From a virus (taxonomy: Duplodnaviria; Heunggongvirae; Uroviricota; Caudoviricetes): a stretch of 64,000 nucleotides of DNA. Positions within the stretch are counted from its first letter, which is position 1; each line of letters opens with the position of its first letter. A program made the position numbers and the translations under genes. The stretch covers positions 68,338-132,337 of the IMG/VR virus record IMGVR_UViG_3300028534_000001. The stretch is one strand, 5' to 3'. Positions 20,701 to 31,039 of the stretch are shown here, one piece after another. The notes under the pieces were generated by a model that was not told where the DNA came from, searched no databases, and was given only the letters and a program-made list of their open reading frames with translations.

Positions 20701-22168
20701 TTAAATATTCTTTTTTTGATAATAAATCTTTATTATTAGGATTTTCTTTTAATTTTTCAATTGTTTCATCTAATTCTTTTTGGAATAATTCATATTTTGA
20801 AATTTCTTTTTGAACAATTTCAAATTCTTGTTTAATTTGATTTTTTTCAGTTTTTAATAAACCTAATTTTTTTCTTTGGAATTTTAAACTTTCTTCAGTT
20901 ATTCCATTTAAATCATTTTCTAAATTTTCTTTTTTATTTTTTAAATTATTAGCAATTTTTAATTGATTATTTAATTGTTTTAAATCTTCATCTAATTCTT
21001 TTTTTCTTTCTTCTGAAATATCAACAGATAATAATTCTTCTTGTTTTTTATGAATTGATGCTTCTAATTTTTTTATATTTATTTTTTCTAATTGTTCATT
21101 TACTTTTTCTAATTCTTTAAATTTTTCTAATTCTGAATTTAAAAAATCTATTTCTTCATCTATAAATGAATTGTTTAATTTTTTATCTAATATATTTTTT
21201 AAATTTTCTTTTTCTTTTTTTAAAGCTTCTATATTTTCAGTAGAACCTGATTCTTCAGATTCTTTTATTTTTGTATCTATATTATTTATTTCATTTGTTA
21301 ATTTAGAAATTTCATTATCAAATAATTTAATAAATTTTTTTTCTAAAATTAAAGAATTATATTCATTATTCTCATTTAATTTTTCTTCTTTAATTCTTTT
21401 TTTATGATATTCTTCATTTTCTTTAGATTTTTGTAATTCTATTTCAATAAATTTTTTCTTTTCATCTTCTAAATTTTTAAGTATTTTTTCTACAGTTTCT
21501 AATTCTTTTTCAAGTTTTTTATCATTAGGGTTTTCTTTTAATTTTTTTTCTTATTTTAATTGTTTTTCTTTGTTTTCTTCAATATCTTTATTTTTTGAAT
21601 AATTTTTATTTAAAGAATCTTCATCATTTATTAAAGCATATTTATTATTTATATTTTGGATTTTATTATTTGTATTATTTATAATTTTTTTTAATTTATC
21701 ACTATTTATATTTTGAGCTTTTTTTAAATTTTCAAGTTTTTGTCTATTTATATTTATTTGTTCATTTTTTGCAGTAATAGTTTTAAATTTAATAGCCATT
21801 TCTTCTTCATATTTATCTATTAGTTCTATCCAATTTTTTATATCAGAAAAATTAGCTCTTTTAAACATTTCATCTGCAATATTAAACATTTCTTTTAACG
21901 ATTTAGGGTCTATAGGCATAATAGAACCATTTAATAAAGGATAAATATATTTTTTAATAAATTCTAAAATACCTTTATAATATTCCCCTTTTTCAGATAA
22001 ACTTTCAATGTTTTCTAATTCTTCAGAAGTATTATCATAAAATTTTTCTATTTTTTTACTTAAATAATGCATAAGTTTATAATAAGTTTCTTCATAAGAA
22101 ACATCTATAAATACTGCAGGTTCTGCTTTATTTTTTAAAAAATCTTCAAAAACTTGTAAATTTATCAT
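17768..22168 (-). CDS. Tape measure protein: 1466 codons with one in-frame TAA at 21551-21553
   Basis: ORFs 21551..22168 and 17768..20449 are in the same frame. I read all 367 codons between them and found no stop and no ATG/GTG/TTG; there is no SD before the 20449 ATG. Long coiled coil followed by a Gly/Ala hydrophobic segment; located between tail chaperone and baseplate genes. Confidence 0.75.
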
Positions 22169-22180
22169 TTAAAATAACCT

Positions 22181-22345
22181 TTATCTTTTTTTCTTTTTCT
22201 TTTCTTCCATTCTTCTATTATGGGCTTCTATTATTTTTAAAATATCTAAATAAAGTCTATCCTGGGGAATAAAAGTCCCAAAAACATCTAAAAAACTAGC
22301 TTCTATATCAGTTATATTATTATAACTAAAATTGGGGATATACCT
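22181..22345 (-). CDS. Start-less small ORF in the +1 frame of the chaperone gene (T/gp51-like extension)
   Basis: Frame open 22345-22181: RYIPNFSYNNITDIEASFLDVFGTFIPQDRLYLDILKIIEAHNRRMEEKKKKKR*; fills the gap up to the TMP start; no ATG/GTG/TTG until codon 46 of 54. Confidence 0.6.
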   Translation of the reverse strand, partial: RYIPNFSYNNITDIEASFLDVFGTFIPQDRLYLDILKIIEAHNRRMEEKKKKKR

Positions 22346-23291
22346 TTAATTTTTGTAATTCAATTTCTATAATATATTTTTTACCACATATAGGACATTT
22401 TACTTCAACATCTTTTATATTTACATTAAATCTTTCAATACTTTCTTTTAAATTTTCTATTTCAGATGGAGAAGAATATTTTATTATATTTATTTTATCT
22501 TCTAAAGAAAATTCTTCATTTTTTATATGTAAAGCTAAAAAAATAACTTCTTCATTTACATTAAATTGATCAATTAAATTATCTAATTCATCATCTATAA
22601 AAATATAATCTTTAACTTTTAAAGGTTCTAATTTTATTTCATTACCTTCTAATAATATATACAAAGGAACTTCAACATTTTCATCTTCTATTTCAAATGC
22701 TAAATCTTCTATTGTAATAGGTGCTTGTATAAGAAAATTACAAGGAACTTTTTCTGGTCCATCAAAATTTTTTAATTTTTTTTCTAATTCATCTAATTCT
22801 TCATAATTTTTCTTTTTATCTTCTAAAGCTTTTTCTAAATCTTTATCTGTTAATTCTGGAATTACATCTTCAATTATTTGAAGTTTAGATTTAATTTCTT
22901 CAATATCATTTTTTATTTGTTGTATTTCAGGATTATCTTTAAAACCTGTACAATTAAAATTAGTATGCCAAGCAAAATTTTCTGTTGTTAATATATTACT
23001 AACAGAAGATAAAATAACAAAATCTGCTAATTCTAAATCTTCAATTTTGAAATTATCATCACCTTCAAAATATATAGCATCTCTATAAATATCTACAGCT
23101 TCTTCTAAAGAATATTCACTGTTCAATTTAGCTATTTCAGCTACTTCTCCATAATAAAGACCTCTAACATAAATAGCTGAAATATTAGGATAACTCCTAT
23201 ACATTGTTGGAGTTCCAGAAATTTTTTTATATAAAATATTTTTTTTAATTTTTCCAATATTTATTGATTTTTCAATAGATTCTATATTCAT
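22326..23291 (-). CDS. Tail/baseplate-hub assembly chaperone (T4 gp26-like)
   Basis: YVRGLYYGE N-terminal motif, C-terminal CPICG zinc knuckle and an earlier C; position between tube genes and TMP. Confidence 0.6.
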   Translation of the reverse strand: MNIESIEKSINIGKIKKNILYKKISGTPTMYRSYPNISAIYVRGLYYGEVAEIAKLNSEYSLEEAVDIYRDAIYFEGDDNFKIEDLELADFVILSSVSNILTTENFAWHTNFNCTGFKDNPEIQQIKNDIEEIKSKLQIIEDVIPELTDKDLEKALEDKKKNYEELDELEKKLKNFDGPEKVPCNFLIQAPITIEDLAFEIEDENVEVPLYILLEGNEIKLEPLKVKDYIFIDDELDNLIDQFNVNEEVIFLALHIKNEEFSLEDKINIIKYSSPSEIENLKESIERFNVNIKDVEVKCPICGKKYIIEIELQKLKVYPQF

Positions 23292-23320
23292 ATTATTCTC
23301 CTATCTTTTTGATTATTTAA

Positions 23321-23884
23321 TTATGTTCCTAATTCCCAATCTACTATTATAAATTTTACAGAATATGTAACTTTTCCTGAATTACCATAACTTCCTGCCC
23401 ATTGGGGTAATTCTGCAGGAAATACAGTAAATCTACTAACTAATGAAGATTTACCTAAAAAATCATATCTGTGAATTTCTATTTTTAAAGAATATTCGTG
23501 TAAATTTTTAGGATTTATTGCTCTCCATTTAGTTAAAGGTGTTTTTGAAACTAATTTATGAATAGCTTTATAAAATGTAAGTTTATCAGAATCTACAAAT
23601 GTAATAGATAATTCTTCTGGTTTTTGCCATTGAGCAGGATATTTAACACTAAACCAACTAGCAAAATCTATACTTCCTATATTAACATTTCCTTCATCTA
23701 TAGTAACATCTTCACAAAGAACAATAGCATGGTTACCTTTACCTATCATGTTAAAATCTTTTAAAGAAACACTACATTTGCTACCTACATCTAAAACTTT
23801 AATAAAAAATTTATCTCCTGTCCCAATAGTAAAATCACCATTTAAATGACTTAAATTACCATATTTTATTTCAGGTAAATTCAT
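23321..23884 (-). CDS. Tail tube-like protein (second tube-fold paralog)
   Basis: ELSITFVDSD...FY...IEIHRYD...FTVFP...SY...YSVKF tube-fold pattern. Confidence 0.55.
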   Translation of the reverse strand: MNLPEIKYGNLSHLNGDFTIGTGDKFFIKVLDVGSKCSVSLKDFNMIGKGNHAIVLCEDVTIDEGNVNIGSIDFASWFSVKYPAQWQKPEELSITFVDSDKLTFYKAIHKLVSKTPLTKWRAINPKNLHEYSLKIEIHRYDFLGKSSLVSRFTVFPAELPQWAGSYGNSGKVTYSVKFIIVDWELGT

Positions 23885-24030
23885 TATTTTTATCCTTTTT
23901 ATATTTATTTAAAAGGATAATTATATTTTATATTATATCATAATTATTTGATTATTAAAACTTTTTTAAGAAAAATTATAGTAGAATAGTAGATTAAAAT
24001 TCATGAAAGAGAAAGAAAATTCTTGGTATA

Positions 24031-24612
24031 TTACCAAGAATCTCCACCTTCTCCATTATCTTCAGCATACATAGAATATACAAATGTAAAATTATATTTC
24101 ATAGGTTCACCTTCTTGTCCTAAAGCACCTTCTTGTTCTGCTTTTGGAATACAATCGTGAAATACCCATTGTCTTGTAGGTTTCCCTGTATTATCAGCTA
24201 AAATAATAGTAACTTTAAATCTATCACTAGGTTTTAATAAAGCTGAAGCAACATTTTCAGCAGCATTAGCTGATGACGCTGATGCACCTGATTTATAATA
24301 AAGTCTTTTAATAGCTCTATATAATTTACCAACTTTACCATCAACATCTTCAAATGCGTGAACACTAACTTCACCATTTTTAGTTACTTTTCCTTGATAT
24401 GTAAAATGAAAACCACCTACATCAATTTCAACTAATTCTTCTTCTGAAGCAGGAGGACATCCATCAATAGAATCAGCTTTAAATTCTAATTTTGCATCTT
24501 TAAGAGCACCATTTATTTTTCCACCACCTTCAACTTTTACAATCCAAATTTGAGTAGTTTGAAGATTTTTTAAGGCACTTCTAAATTCTTGAAATTTTCT
24601 TGTTATAGCCAT
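24031..24612 (-). CDS. gp19: Tail tube protein (T4 gp19-like)
   Basis: GGFHFTYQG, FED, WVFHDCIP, YNFTFVY motifs; directly after the sheath gene. Confidence 0.8.
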   Translation of the reverse strand: MAITRKFQEFRSALKNLQTTQIWIVKVEGGGKINGALKDAKLEFKADSIDGCPPASEEELVEIDVGGFHFTYQGKVTKNGEVSVHAFEDVDGKVGKLYRAIKRLYYKSGASASSANAAENVASALLKPSDRFKVTIILADNTGKPTRQWVFHDCIPKAEQEGALGQEGEPMKYNFTFVYSMYAEDNGEGGDSW

Positions 24613-24655
24613 TTAATTTTCCTTTATAATTTAAAAATGTAAAGTCAATTACGGA

Positions 24656-27265
24656 TTATACCGTAATTGCTAAACTTCTATTGAATATTGCTAATGTAAC
24701 ATCAATTTCATTGATATCCATAGTAGGTTGGAAACCTAAGAAAATTGGTAATCTTCTATTATCTATGTCAAAATTACTTGGTGCTACTACACATTTATAT
24801 GCATATACACCTTCATTAGCTTGAATTTCTTGTGACATAAATGTATCAATTGTTGATTTAATTCTACTCCAAGTTGCTGGATCATTATAGTTGAATAATT
24901 CATATTTTAAGTAACTTTCTAAACCATATCTGATAACCATTAACAAGAATGCTACACTTCTTAATTGTAATGGACTTGGTTTAGAATACATTGTTCTATT
25001 ACCCCAAATAATTAAACCTTGACCTGCTTTATATACAATAGGATTTATTCTAGCATCAACTATACCATCTAATTCACCATCACTAAATTGATGTTTAAGT
25101 TCTAATCCTAAAACTTTTCCTTTTACTAATCCTGCTGCTGGAGTAAATAATGTATAATTTCTATGTACATAATTTTGTGTTATAGCACCATATGTACTTG
25201 GTGGTGTCCATACATATTCTTTATTGTAAGGGTCATATTGTTTTACCCATCCTGTAAATAATGAACCTAAATGAGTATTTATCATAAGTTTTTCAGCATA
25301 TGCTATAACTGCATTATAAGCATCTGCACTTTCTTCTGCTTGTGGGTCCATTGACCAATAACAATGTGTATTATTTTCACCTTGAGCCATTGCAACTCTT
25401 AACATTTCTTGAGCATAAGCTGCTATAGTATAACCACCATCTAATAATAATTGAACAGGTGTTTTATTATTATTACTTAATGTTCTTAAAGCAAAAATCA
25501 TATCAGCTAAACTTACAGGACTTCCATAATCCCCACCATTCATATAATTTACACCAGCATCTAAAACTTTACCTTCATAATCTCCAATTTTTACAGTATC
25601 ACCAATATGTTCACCTGTTAATGGATATGTTAATAAAGTATATGGGTAATATTGTTCACCATCTAATATATGTTTAGATAAATCTGTTAAATCTTTTTGA
25701 TATCTATATACATACCATCCTTTTTTATTTGCGTCATCATAATTATAATCTCTTTGTAATGGTCTGTCTAAAAAGATTTGTTTATTATCTGAATTTATAT
25801 CTTCAACTGTATATATTTCATATAATTCAGAACCATATAATGTTTCTCTATCATCATAATTAGGAACAAATTTAATTTTATCACCTATAGCAACATTTCC
25901 TAAGTCATTTACAAATACTTCTATATCTCCAGTATATAAATCTTCTCTTGTTTCTACTTTATTTCCATCATCATCAACTGCAGCTTTGAATATTTTTTCT
26001 TTTATTCTTTGCCAAACTGAATAATCTGTTGTTCCTGGATTTATAGGTTGTTTATCAATTGTTAAAGCAAATGGATTATCTTTTACTTGAATATATTCAC
26101 TAAATCCGTTAATTACTGTTTCGATATAAAGTTTTTTACCAAAACCATCAACAAAATTTCTATCTTTTGATACTAACCATCTTTCTACTTCTTCTCCATT
26201 TTCATAAACTACTAAGTAGAATGCTTTCATATCAGGATAATCTTTTGATTTTTCAATACCAATTTCTAATTCATTATTCCATTCACCTTGATTTAAACCT
26301 GTTACTAAAAATGTATACATTTGATTCCATTGAGAAATTTTAGTAACATTATAAATTGCTTCTCCACCATCAAGAGTTACAGGTTGTTTTGTATGAACAA
26401 AATATAAACTAATTTCATCTTTTGTTTTTACATAAGCTTTATCATCAGTTTCATTTCCATCATCATCTAATACTACAATTTCATCTCCATCGTGGAAAAA
26501 GTCAGAATTAGCTACAACAATTGCTGCACTTTCATTAACATCTAAAAGTAAAACTGTTGTTTCATCATTAGATTTATTTTTAATAACAGTACCTTTTTTA
26601 CCTGTAATAGTAGTTTGATTACCATCACTATCAACATCTAAAATGATTCTATCAAAATTATCTCTTTTTTCAACATCTATTACATCAACTAAATTCCATC
26701 CTTCTTTATGAACATCATAATCTGTTAAAGGAACTAAATCTTCATTAGTTGAAAAAAATATTTTTTGACCTGCTTTAATATTTTTAGGAGCACCAGCTAA
26801 AACAAATTCATAAGAACCAATAACACCTGCCCCTGGTCTATCTGTCATTTTTTCAACTTGAATTAAACTAGGGTCTTGAATAAAAAGATAACTATCTAAT
26901 TCTTCTTGAGTTAATCCTTTTGGTAAAGGTTCAACAACTTTTTTTACTTGATCTCCATATTCATCACCTATAGCGTATTTTCCGCCCCTTACTAAAACTC
27001 CTCCATATTTAGCATCATCACTTTCAGCTCTTACTACCCATAATTTATTAGTAGAACTTAAAATGTTGATTGCAGCTTGATTTTCTGGATATCTCAAATC
27101 AGGAGTTCCATAATGTTTAATATAATCTTCTTCACTTGTTATTAGTCTTGGTTTTTTTACCATTCCTTTTTTACTTCTCACGACAATACCTGCATAAATC
27201 CCTGATAAACCTTGGATTACTGCACTTCTGTCTTGAGTTTTAAAAACTACTTTTGCTGCACCCAT
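24656..27265 (-). CDS. gp18: Contractile tail sheath protein (T4 gp18-like) with insertion domains
   Basis: TPAAGLVKG, INPIVYKAGQGLIIWGNRT, PLQLRSVAFLL and YKCVV C-terminal sheath motifs. Confidence 0.92.
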   Translation of the reverse strand: MGAAKVVFKTQDRSAVIQGLSGIYAGIVVRSKKGMVKKPRLITSEEDYIKHYGTPDLRYPENQAAINILSSTNKLWVVRAESDDAKYGGVLVRGGKYAIGDEYGDQVKKVVEPLPKGLTQEELDSYLFIQDPSLIQVEKMTDRPGAGVIGSYEFVLAGAPKNIKAGQKIFFSTNEDLVPLTDYDVHKEGWNLVDVIDVEKRDNFDRIILDVDSDGNQTTITGKKGTVIKNKSNDETTVLLLDVNESAAIVVANSDFFHDGDEIVVLDDDGNETDDKAYVKTKDEISLYFVHTKQPVTLDGGEAIYNVTKISQWNQMYTFLVTGLNQGEWNNELEIGIEKSKDYPDMKAFYLVVYENGEEVERWLVSKDRNFVDGFGKKLYIETVINGFSEYIQVKDNPFALTIDKQPINPGTTDYSVWQRIKEKIFKAAVDDDGNKVETREDLYTGDIEVFVNDLGNVAIGDKIKFVPNYDDRETLYGSELYEIYTVEDINSDNKQIFLDRPLQRDYNYDDANKKGWYVYRYQKDLTDLSKHILDGEQYYPYTLLTYPLTGEHIGDTVKIGDYEGKVLDAGVNYMNGGDYGSPVSLADMIFALRTLSNNNKTPVQLLLDGGYTIAAYAQEMLRVAMAQGENNTHCYWSMDPQAEESADAYNAVIAYAEKLMINTHLGSLFTGWVKQYDPYNKEYVWTPPSTYGAITQNYVHRNYTLFTPAAGLVKGKVLGLELKHQFSDGELDGIVDARINPIVYKAGQGLIIWGNRTMYSKPSPLQLRSVAFLLMVIRYGLESYLKYELFNYNDPATWSRIKSTIDTFMSQEIQANEGVYAYKCVVAPSNFDIDNRRLPIFLGFQPTMDINEIDVTLAIFNRSLAITV

Positions 27266-27283
27266 TAAATTTCCTTTTTATAT

Positions 27284-27472
27284 TTATTTAAGAACATTTA
27301 TTAGAGCACCTTTAGGTAACTCATTTATAATTCTTTTAATTTCAGATTCTTCAATTTCTAAAATTACATTTTCTTTTATACCTATAGGATATATTTTTTC
27401 GTGCTTATTTTTACCAGTAGCATCAATCCATAATTGTCTTTCGCTACCATTGTAAATTTCAACTTTTACCAT
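27284..27472 (-). CDS. Small hypothetical protein
   Basis: 62-aa ORF with SD and late-type motif upstream. Confidence 0.6.
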   Translation of the reverse strand: MVKVEIYNGSERQLWIDATGKNKHEKIYPIGIKENVILEIEESEIKRIINELPKGALINVLK

Positions 27473-27510
27473 TTTGTATGTCCTTTTATATTTATTTAAA
27501 ATTTTTATAT

Positions 27511-28323
27511 CTAAATAGTTTTCATTAAAAATTCTTTAGCTGTTTGAGGATCAAGAGTTTCATTTAAAGAATGACAAGTATTAAGATCTATTCTATGTGT
27601 ATTTTCATCTACTAAACAATCTTCTTCACAGCTTAAAGTTTGTTCATTATAATTTGACATATTTTCTAAATCTGTATTACCATCTAATACATATGCTTTT
27701 AAATCAACTTCTCTAATAGTATTATCATTAAATTCATAAAATGGACTAAAAAACCAACCTTTTAAAGTAAATTCAATTGATATTGAAATTAAACCACCAT
27801 AAGATGGAACATCTATAAAAGAAACATCTGAAATATTATCAAAATTTGTACTATAATCTATGATGGTTTCTTTACCATCTATAATATATTTAATTTCTAT
27901 TGCTGGATTTATTTTACTAAAAGTAGTATTATATAATAATTCTACTAAATATGTTATTTTATTTTCTGTACTAAAAAATTGAAAATTAAAAGTTGTAGTA
28001 CCATAAAAAACATCTCTTAATGTATGACCACCAGGCACATCTATAACATATTTAGTATAAGGCATATTATTACCTAAATCTTCTGATTTTACTACTGGAG
28101 TTCTATTCCAAATACAAAAAGATACATTTGTTGTATCTTCAGGTAAATATTTTTCTAAAACATCAGAAACTTTAGTATCATTTATTTTTAAAAATGTACT
28201 TCTCCTATATTCTTCTATTAAAGACATATCAGGAGAATATTTAAAAACCATTTCAACACCCATTTTTCTTTTAAATTGTTCTTGTAACCAATAAACAACT
28301 GCTCCTTCAAATTCAGCTAACAT
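27511..28323 (-). CDS. Tail terminator/neck protein (positional gp15-like)
   Basis: Position upstream of sheath; EFTLKGWFFSP resembles the gp15 C-terminal F.LKG(W/Y) pattern. Confidence 0.45.
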   Translation of the reverse strand: MLAEFEGAVVYWLQEQFKRKMGVEMVFKYSPDMSLIEEYRRSTFLKINDTKVSDVLEKYLPEDTTNVSFCIWNRTPVVKSEDLGNNMPYTKYVIDVPGGHTLRDVFYGTTTFNFQFFSTENKITYLVELLYNTTFSKINPAIEIKYIIDGKETIIDYSTNFDNISDVSFIDVPSYGGLISISIEFTLKGWFFSPFYEFNDNTIREVDLKAYVLDGNTDLENMSNYNEQTLSCEEDCLVDENTHRIDLNTCHSLNETLDPQTAKEFLMKTI

Positions 28324-28335
28324 AAAATAATCCTC

Positions 28336-28950
28336 CTATACTAAAGCTTTCCACCACCCAGAATTTCCAGATGTTTCTAAATATTCAATAGTTTTTTCAT
28401 ATAAATCTTGACCTTCATCTCTTAAATCTCTAATATCAAAAGGTAATTCACTTAATGCAAAATCAGTTCTATTATGACCTATATAAATAAGAGATAAAGC
28501 TAAAATTAAATCTAAAAATTCTTGGTCTTGATAAGTTATATCTTCTAAAACAGGAGCACATAAAAATTCTATATAATAAAAATCTGAAGTATTATCACTA
28601 AATGATGTAAATAAAATTTTTCTTACTTCATCCCATTCCCATACAAAAGGAACTTTAGCCCAATCTTTTATATCTCCAGGAAATTTTCTATAATTCATAT
28701 AATAAATATTTTTCACTAATCTAACTGGTCTAATTATACCAAATTCATCTTCTATTTCTTTTAATTGTGTTTTTGTTGAATTTAATAAAACAGGTACAAC
28801 AACTTCAGTTGGTTTATATTTTCCATAAATATTAAGAGCTCTTTTTAATAATCCATCTAATACAGGCTCTTTAATTTCAAAATTTTCCATACCTACAAAA
28901 TATTGATTAGTATTTACTAATATATAATCTAAAATTTCTTCTTTTGTCAT
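28336..28950 (-). CDS. Neck/head-completion protein (gp13-like)
   Basis: LKRALNIY N-terminal helix and C-terminal LRDEGQDLYEK helix typical of neck adaptors; position. Confidence 0.45.
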   Translation of the reverse strand: MTKEEILDYILVNTNQYFVGMENFEIKEPVLDGLLKRALNIYGKYKPTEVVVPVLLNSTKTQLKEIEDEFGIIRPVRLVKNIYYMNYRKFPGDIKDWAKVPFVWEWDEVRKILFTSFSDNTSDFYYIEFLCAPVLEDITYQDQEFLDLILALSLIYIGHNRTDFALSELPFDIRDLRDEGQDLYEKTIEYLETSGNSGWWKALV

Positions 28951-29027
28951 AATTAAACCTCTTTTATTTTTTATAATATATTTTTAATATTTAAACTTAT
29001 TATAAAAAATAAAAAAGAAAAAATCTT

Positions 29028-29996
29028 TTAGATAAGTTTATCTAAAAGACCTTTATCTTGATTACTTTCTTGAATATTTGTTTTTTTATCATCTACTAAT
29101 TTTTCAAAAAGACTTGAACCTTTATTTTCTTCTTTAGAACTTTCATCCATAACATCAGTTAATAATGTAGCCCAGTCAATATTTTCACAATCTACATCTT
29201 TAATATTTTCACATACTGCTTGTTTTAAATCATCAGCATTTTGAATTTCTTGTTGAATCATATTATAAAGAGTTTCATCATTTAAAAGAATTTGTCTAAG
29301 TTCTTCTTGCCCAATTTTAGATTCTTTAATTCCTAATTTTTCTTTCATTTTAGCTTCAACTAATTCTAATTCAGATTCTTTTAAAACATATAATTTTTCT
29401 GCTTCTTCGATAGCTTCTATAATTTCTTTAGTTGAATCTTCACCAATAGCTTCTGACATTTTAGCTTTAAATTTTTCTAAAATTTTTTCTTCCATTTGAG
29501 TTTCAATAACAGGAATTTGACTTTCTTCAATAACATAAATTCCTTCTACTTCACCATTTTTTAATTTTTCAATAAATTTTTCTTCAAATTCTTTTTCTTT
29601 TTCTTCTGGAATAGCAATAATTCCTTCTATATTTCCTGATAAAACAGCTTCTTTTAAACCTTCTTTATCATAAGCTTTTAATTCTATATTTTCTTCTAAA
29701 GCTTCAGCTAATTTTTCTAAATCTACACCTAAAGTTTCTGCTACAGTTGAAAGAATTTCTTTTGTCATTTCTTCTTCAACTTCTTCTAATTTTGCTTCAT
29801 CTAATACATAACTAGATTTTTTTAATTCTTCAATAGCTTTTTCTTGAGCTTCTTTAATTAAATTTTTAAATTCTTCTTCTTTAAGAACAACATTTTCTTC
29901 TAAAATTTCTTTATAAGCTTTTACATAAGCTTCTTTTTCAACCATTAGAAGTTTTTCAGATAAACTATCTTTTTTTCTTAAATCTTTAATTGCCAT
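29028..29996 (-). CDS. Acidic prohead core/scaffold-like protein
   Basis: Very Glu-rich helical protein with many L/I-x-E sites; ends LLDKLI like the protease-scaffold. Confidence 0.55.
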   Translation of the reverse strand: MAIKDLRKKDSLSEKLLMVEKEAYVKAYKEILEENVVLKEEEFKNLIKEAQEKAIEELKKSSYVLDEAKLEEVEEEMTKEILSTVAETLGVDLEKLAEALEENIELKAYDKEGLKEAVLSGNIEGIIAIPEEKEKEFEEKFIEKLKNGEVEGIYVIEESQIPVIETQMEEKILEKFKAKMSEAIGEDSTKEIIEAIEEAEKLYVLKESELELVEAKMKEKLGIKESKIGQEELRQILLNDETLYNMIQQEIQNADDLKQAVCENIKDVDCENIDWATLLTDVMDESSKEENKGSSLFEKLVDDKKTNIQESNQDKGLLDKLI

Positions 29997-30031
29997 TTAT
30001 ATTTCCTTTTTTGTTATTATTTAAAATTTTT

Positions 30032-30673
30032 TTATAATGTAATTGTTATAATATCATCAGATATAACAACATCAGCATTAGCAAACATTTCAGGGTTTTG
30101 TTGAATAAAATCTACTATATCATCATCTACAGGAGATATAGACATATTATTATTATCTACAATTTCGATATCGTATTTACCATCAAAAGCACTATCAATA
30201 GCATTAGCAATATCATCAACTAATAAAGGTTCTATATTCCCTGTATCACCTATACTTACTGGTGCATTTGGAACTTGTCCTAAATCATCTGCACTTCCAT
30301 CACCTACTGAACCATCATCTTCATCAATAGAACCTGGTACTGATTTTAAATCTTCTTCTACAATATAAATACCTTCTAATAATAATTTCCAAGTAGAATA
30401 TATTTTTAAATCACCAAGTTTATAAAAAGGCGCTAAAATCATTTTTAATTTTTGAGCATTATAACTTGAACTTTCTACTAAAGTTCCTTCATCAATAATT
30501 TCAAAAGAACTATCTTTAACTCCAAATTGTCTTAAAATTGTAATAATTTCTTGAATATCTGGTGCTATTGAACCATCAGCTCTTTTTATTATTAAACCTT
30601 CTCCTATTTCTTTTACAATAAGAGATTTATCAGCACCCACTAATTTTTTAATTTCAGAAAAATTTATTTTCAT
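30032..30673 (-). CDS. Hypothetical head-region protein
   Basis: Acidic ORF with SD in the head gene cluster. Confidence 0.55.
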   Translation of the reverse strand: MKINFSEIKKLVGADKSLIVKEIGEGLIIKRADGSIAPDIQEIITILRQFGVKDSSFEIIDEGTLVESSSYNAQKLKMILAPFYKLGDLKIYSTWKLLLEGIYIVEEDLKSVPGSIDEDDGSVGDGSADDLGQVPNAPVSIGDTGNIEPLLVDDIANAIDSAFDGKYDIEIVDNNNMSISPVDDDIVDFIQQNPEMFANADVVISDDIITITL

Positions 30674-31017
30674 TTATCTTCCTTTTTTTCATCTAATTTA
30701 TCTTGAGATTTTTTTCTTCTTCCTTTTTTAGGAGTTTCTTTTTTAGGTTCTTCTATTTTTTCATTATTTTCTTTTGGAGTTTCATTTATTTTTTCATTAT
30801 TTTCTTTTGGAGTTTCATCTATTTTTTTAATTTTAAGGTCTTTTTTAACAGAATTTAATTTATTAAATTCTTCTTCACTATAAACTTCTATAAAACTAGG
30901 ATAACTACCTATAATATCATCATCCATAAATAAATGACTTTCTGGTTTTAATGTTACAATATTTCTATCTTTTTTAATAATAGAAACAGTCATTTTTGTT
31001 TTATTAACTAATACCAT
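30670..31017 (-). CDS. Small K/E-rich protein
   Basis: ETPKENNEKI duplicated; basic C-terminus; late-type motif upstream. Confidence 0.6.
   Translation of the reverse strand: MVLVNKTKMTVSIIKKDRNIVTLKPESHLFMDDDIIGSYPSFIEVYSEEEFNKLNSVKKDLKIKKIDETPKENNEKINETPKENNEKIEEPKKETPKKGRRKKSQDKLDEKKEDK
30754..30818. repeat. Tandem 33-nt duplication
   Basis: 32-nt identical copies at 30754-30785 and 30787-30818. Confidence 0.9.
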
Positions 31018-31039
31018 TAAATAATCCTTTTATATTTAT

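Noticed and set aside
20449-22168. Treating 21551..22168 and 17768..20449 as two independent genes with a non-coding gap
   Set aside because: The gap is an uninterrupted in-frame coding sequence and the 20449 ATG lacks an SD
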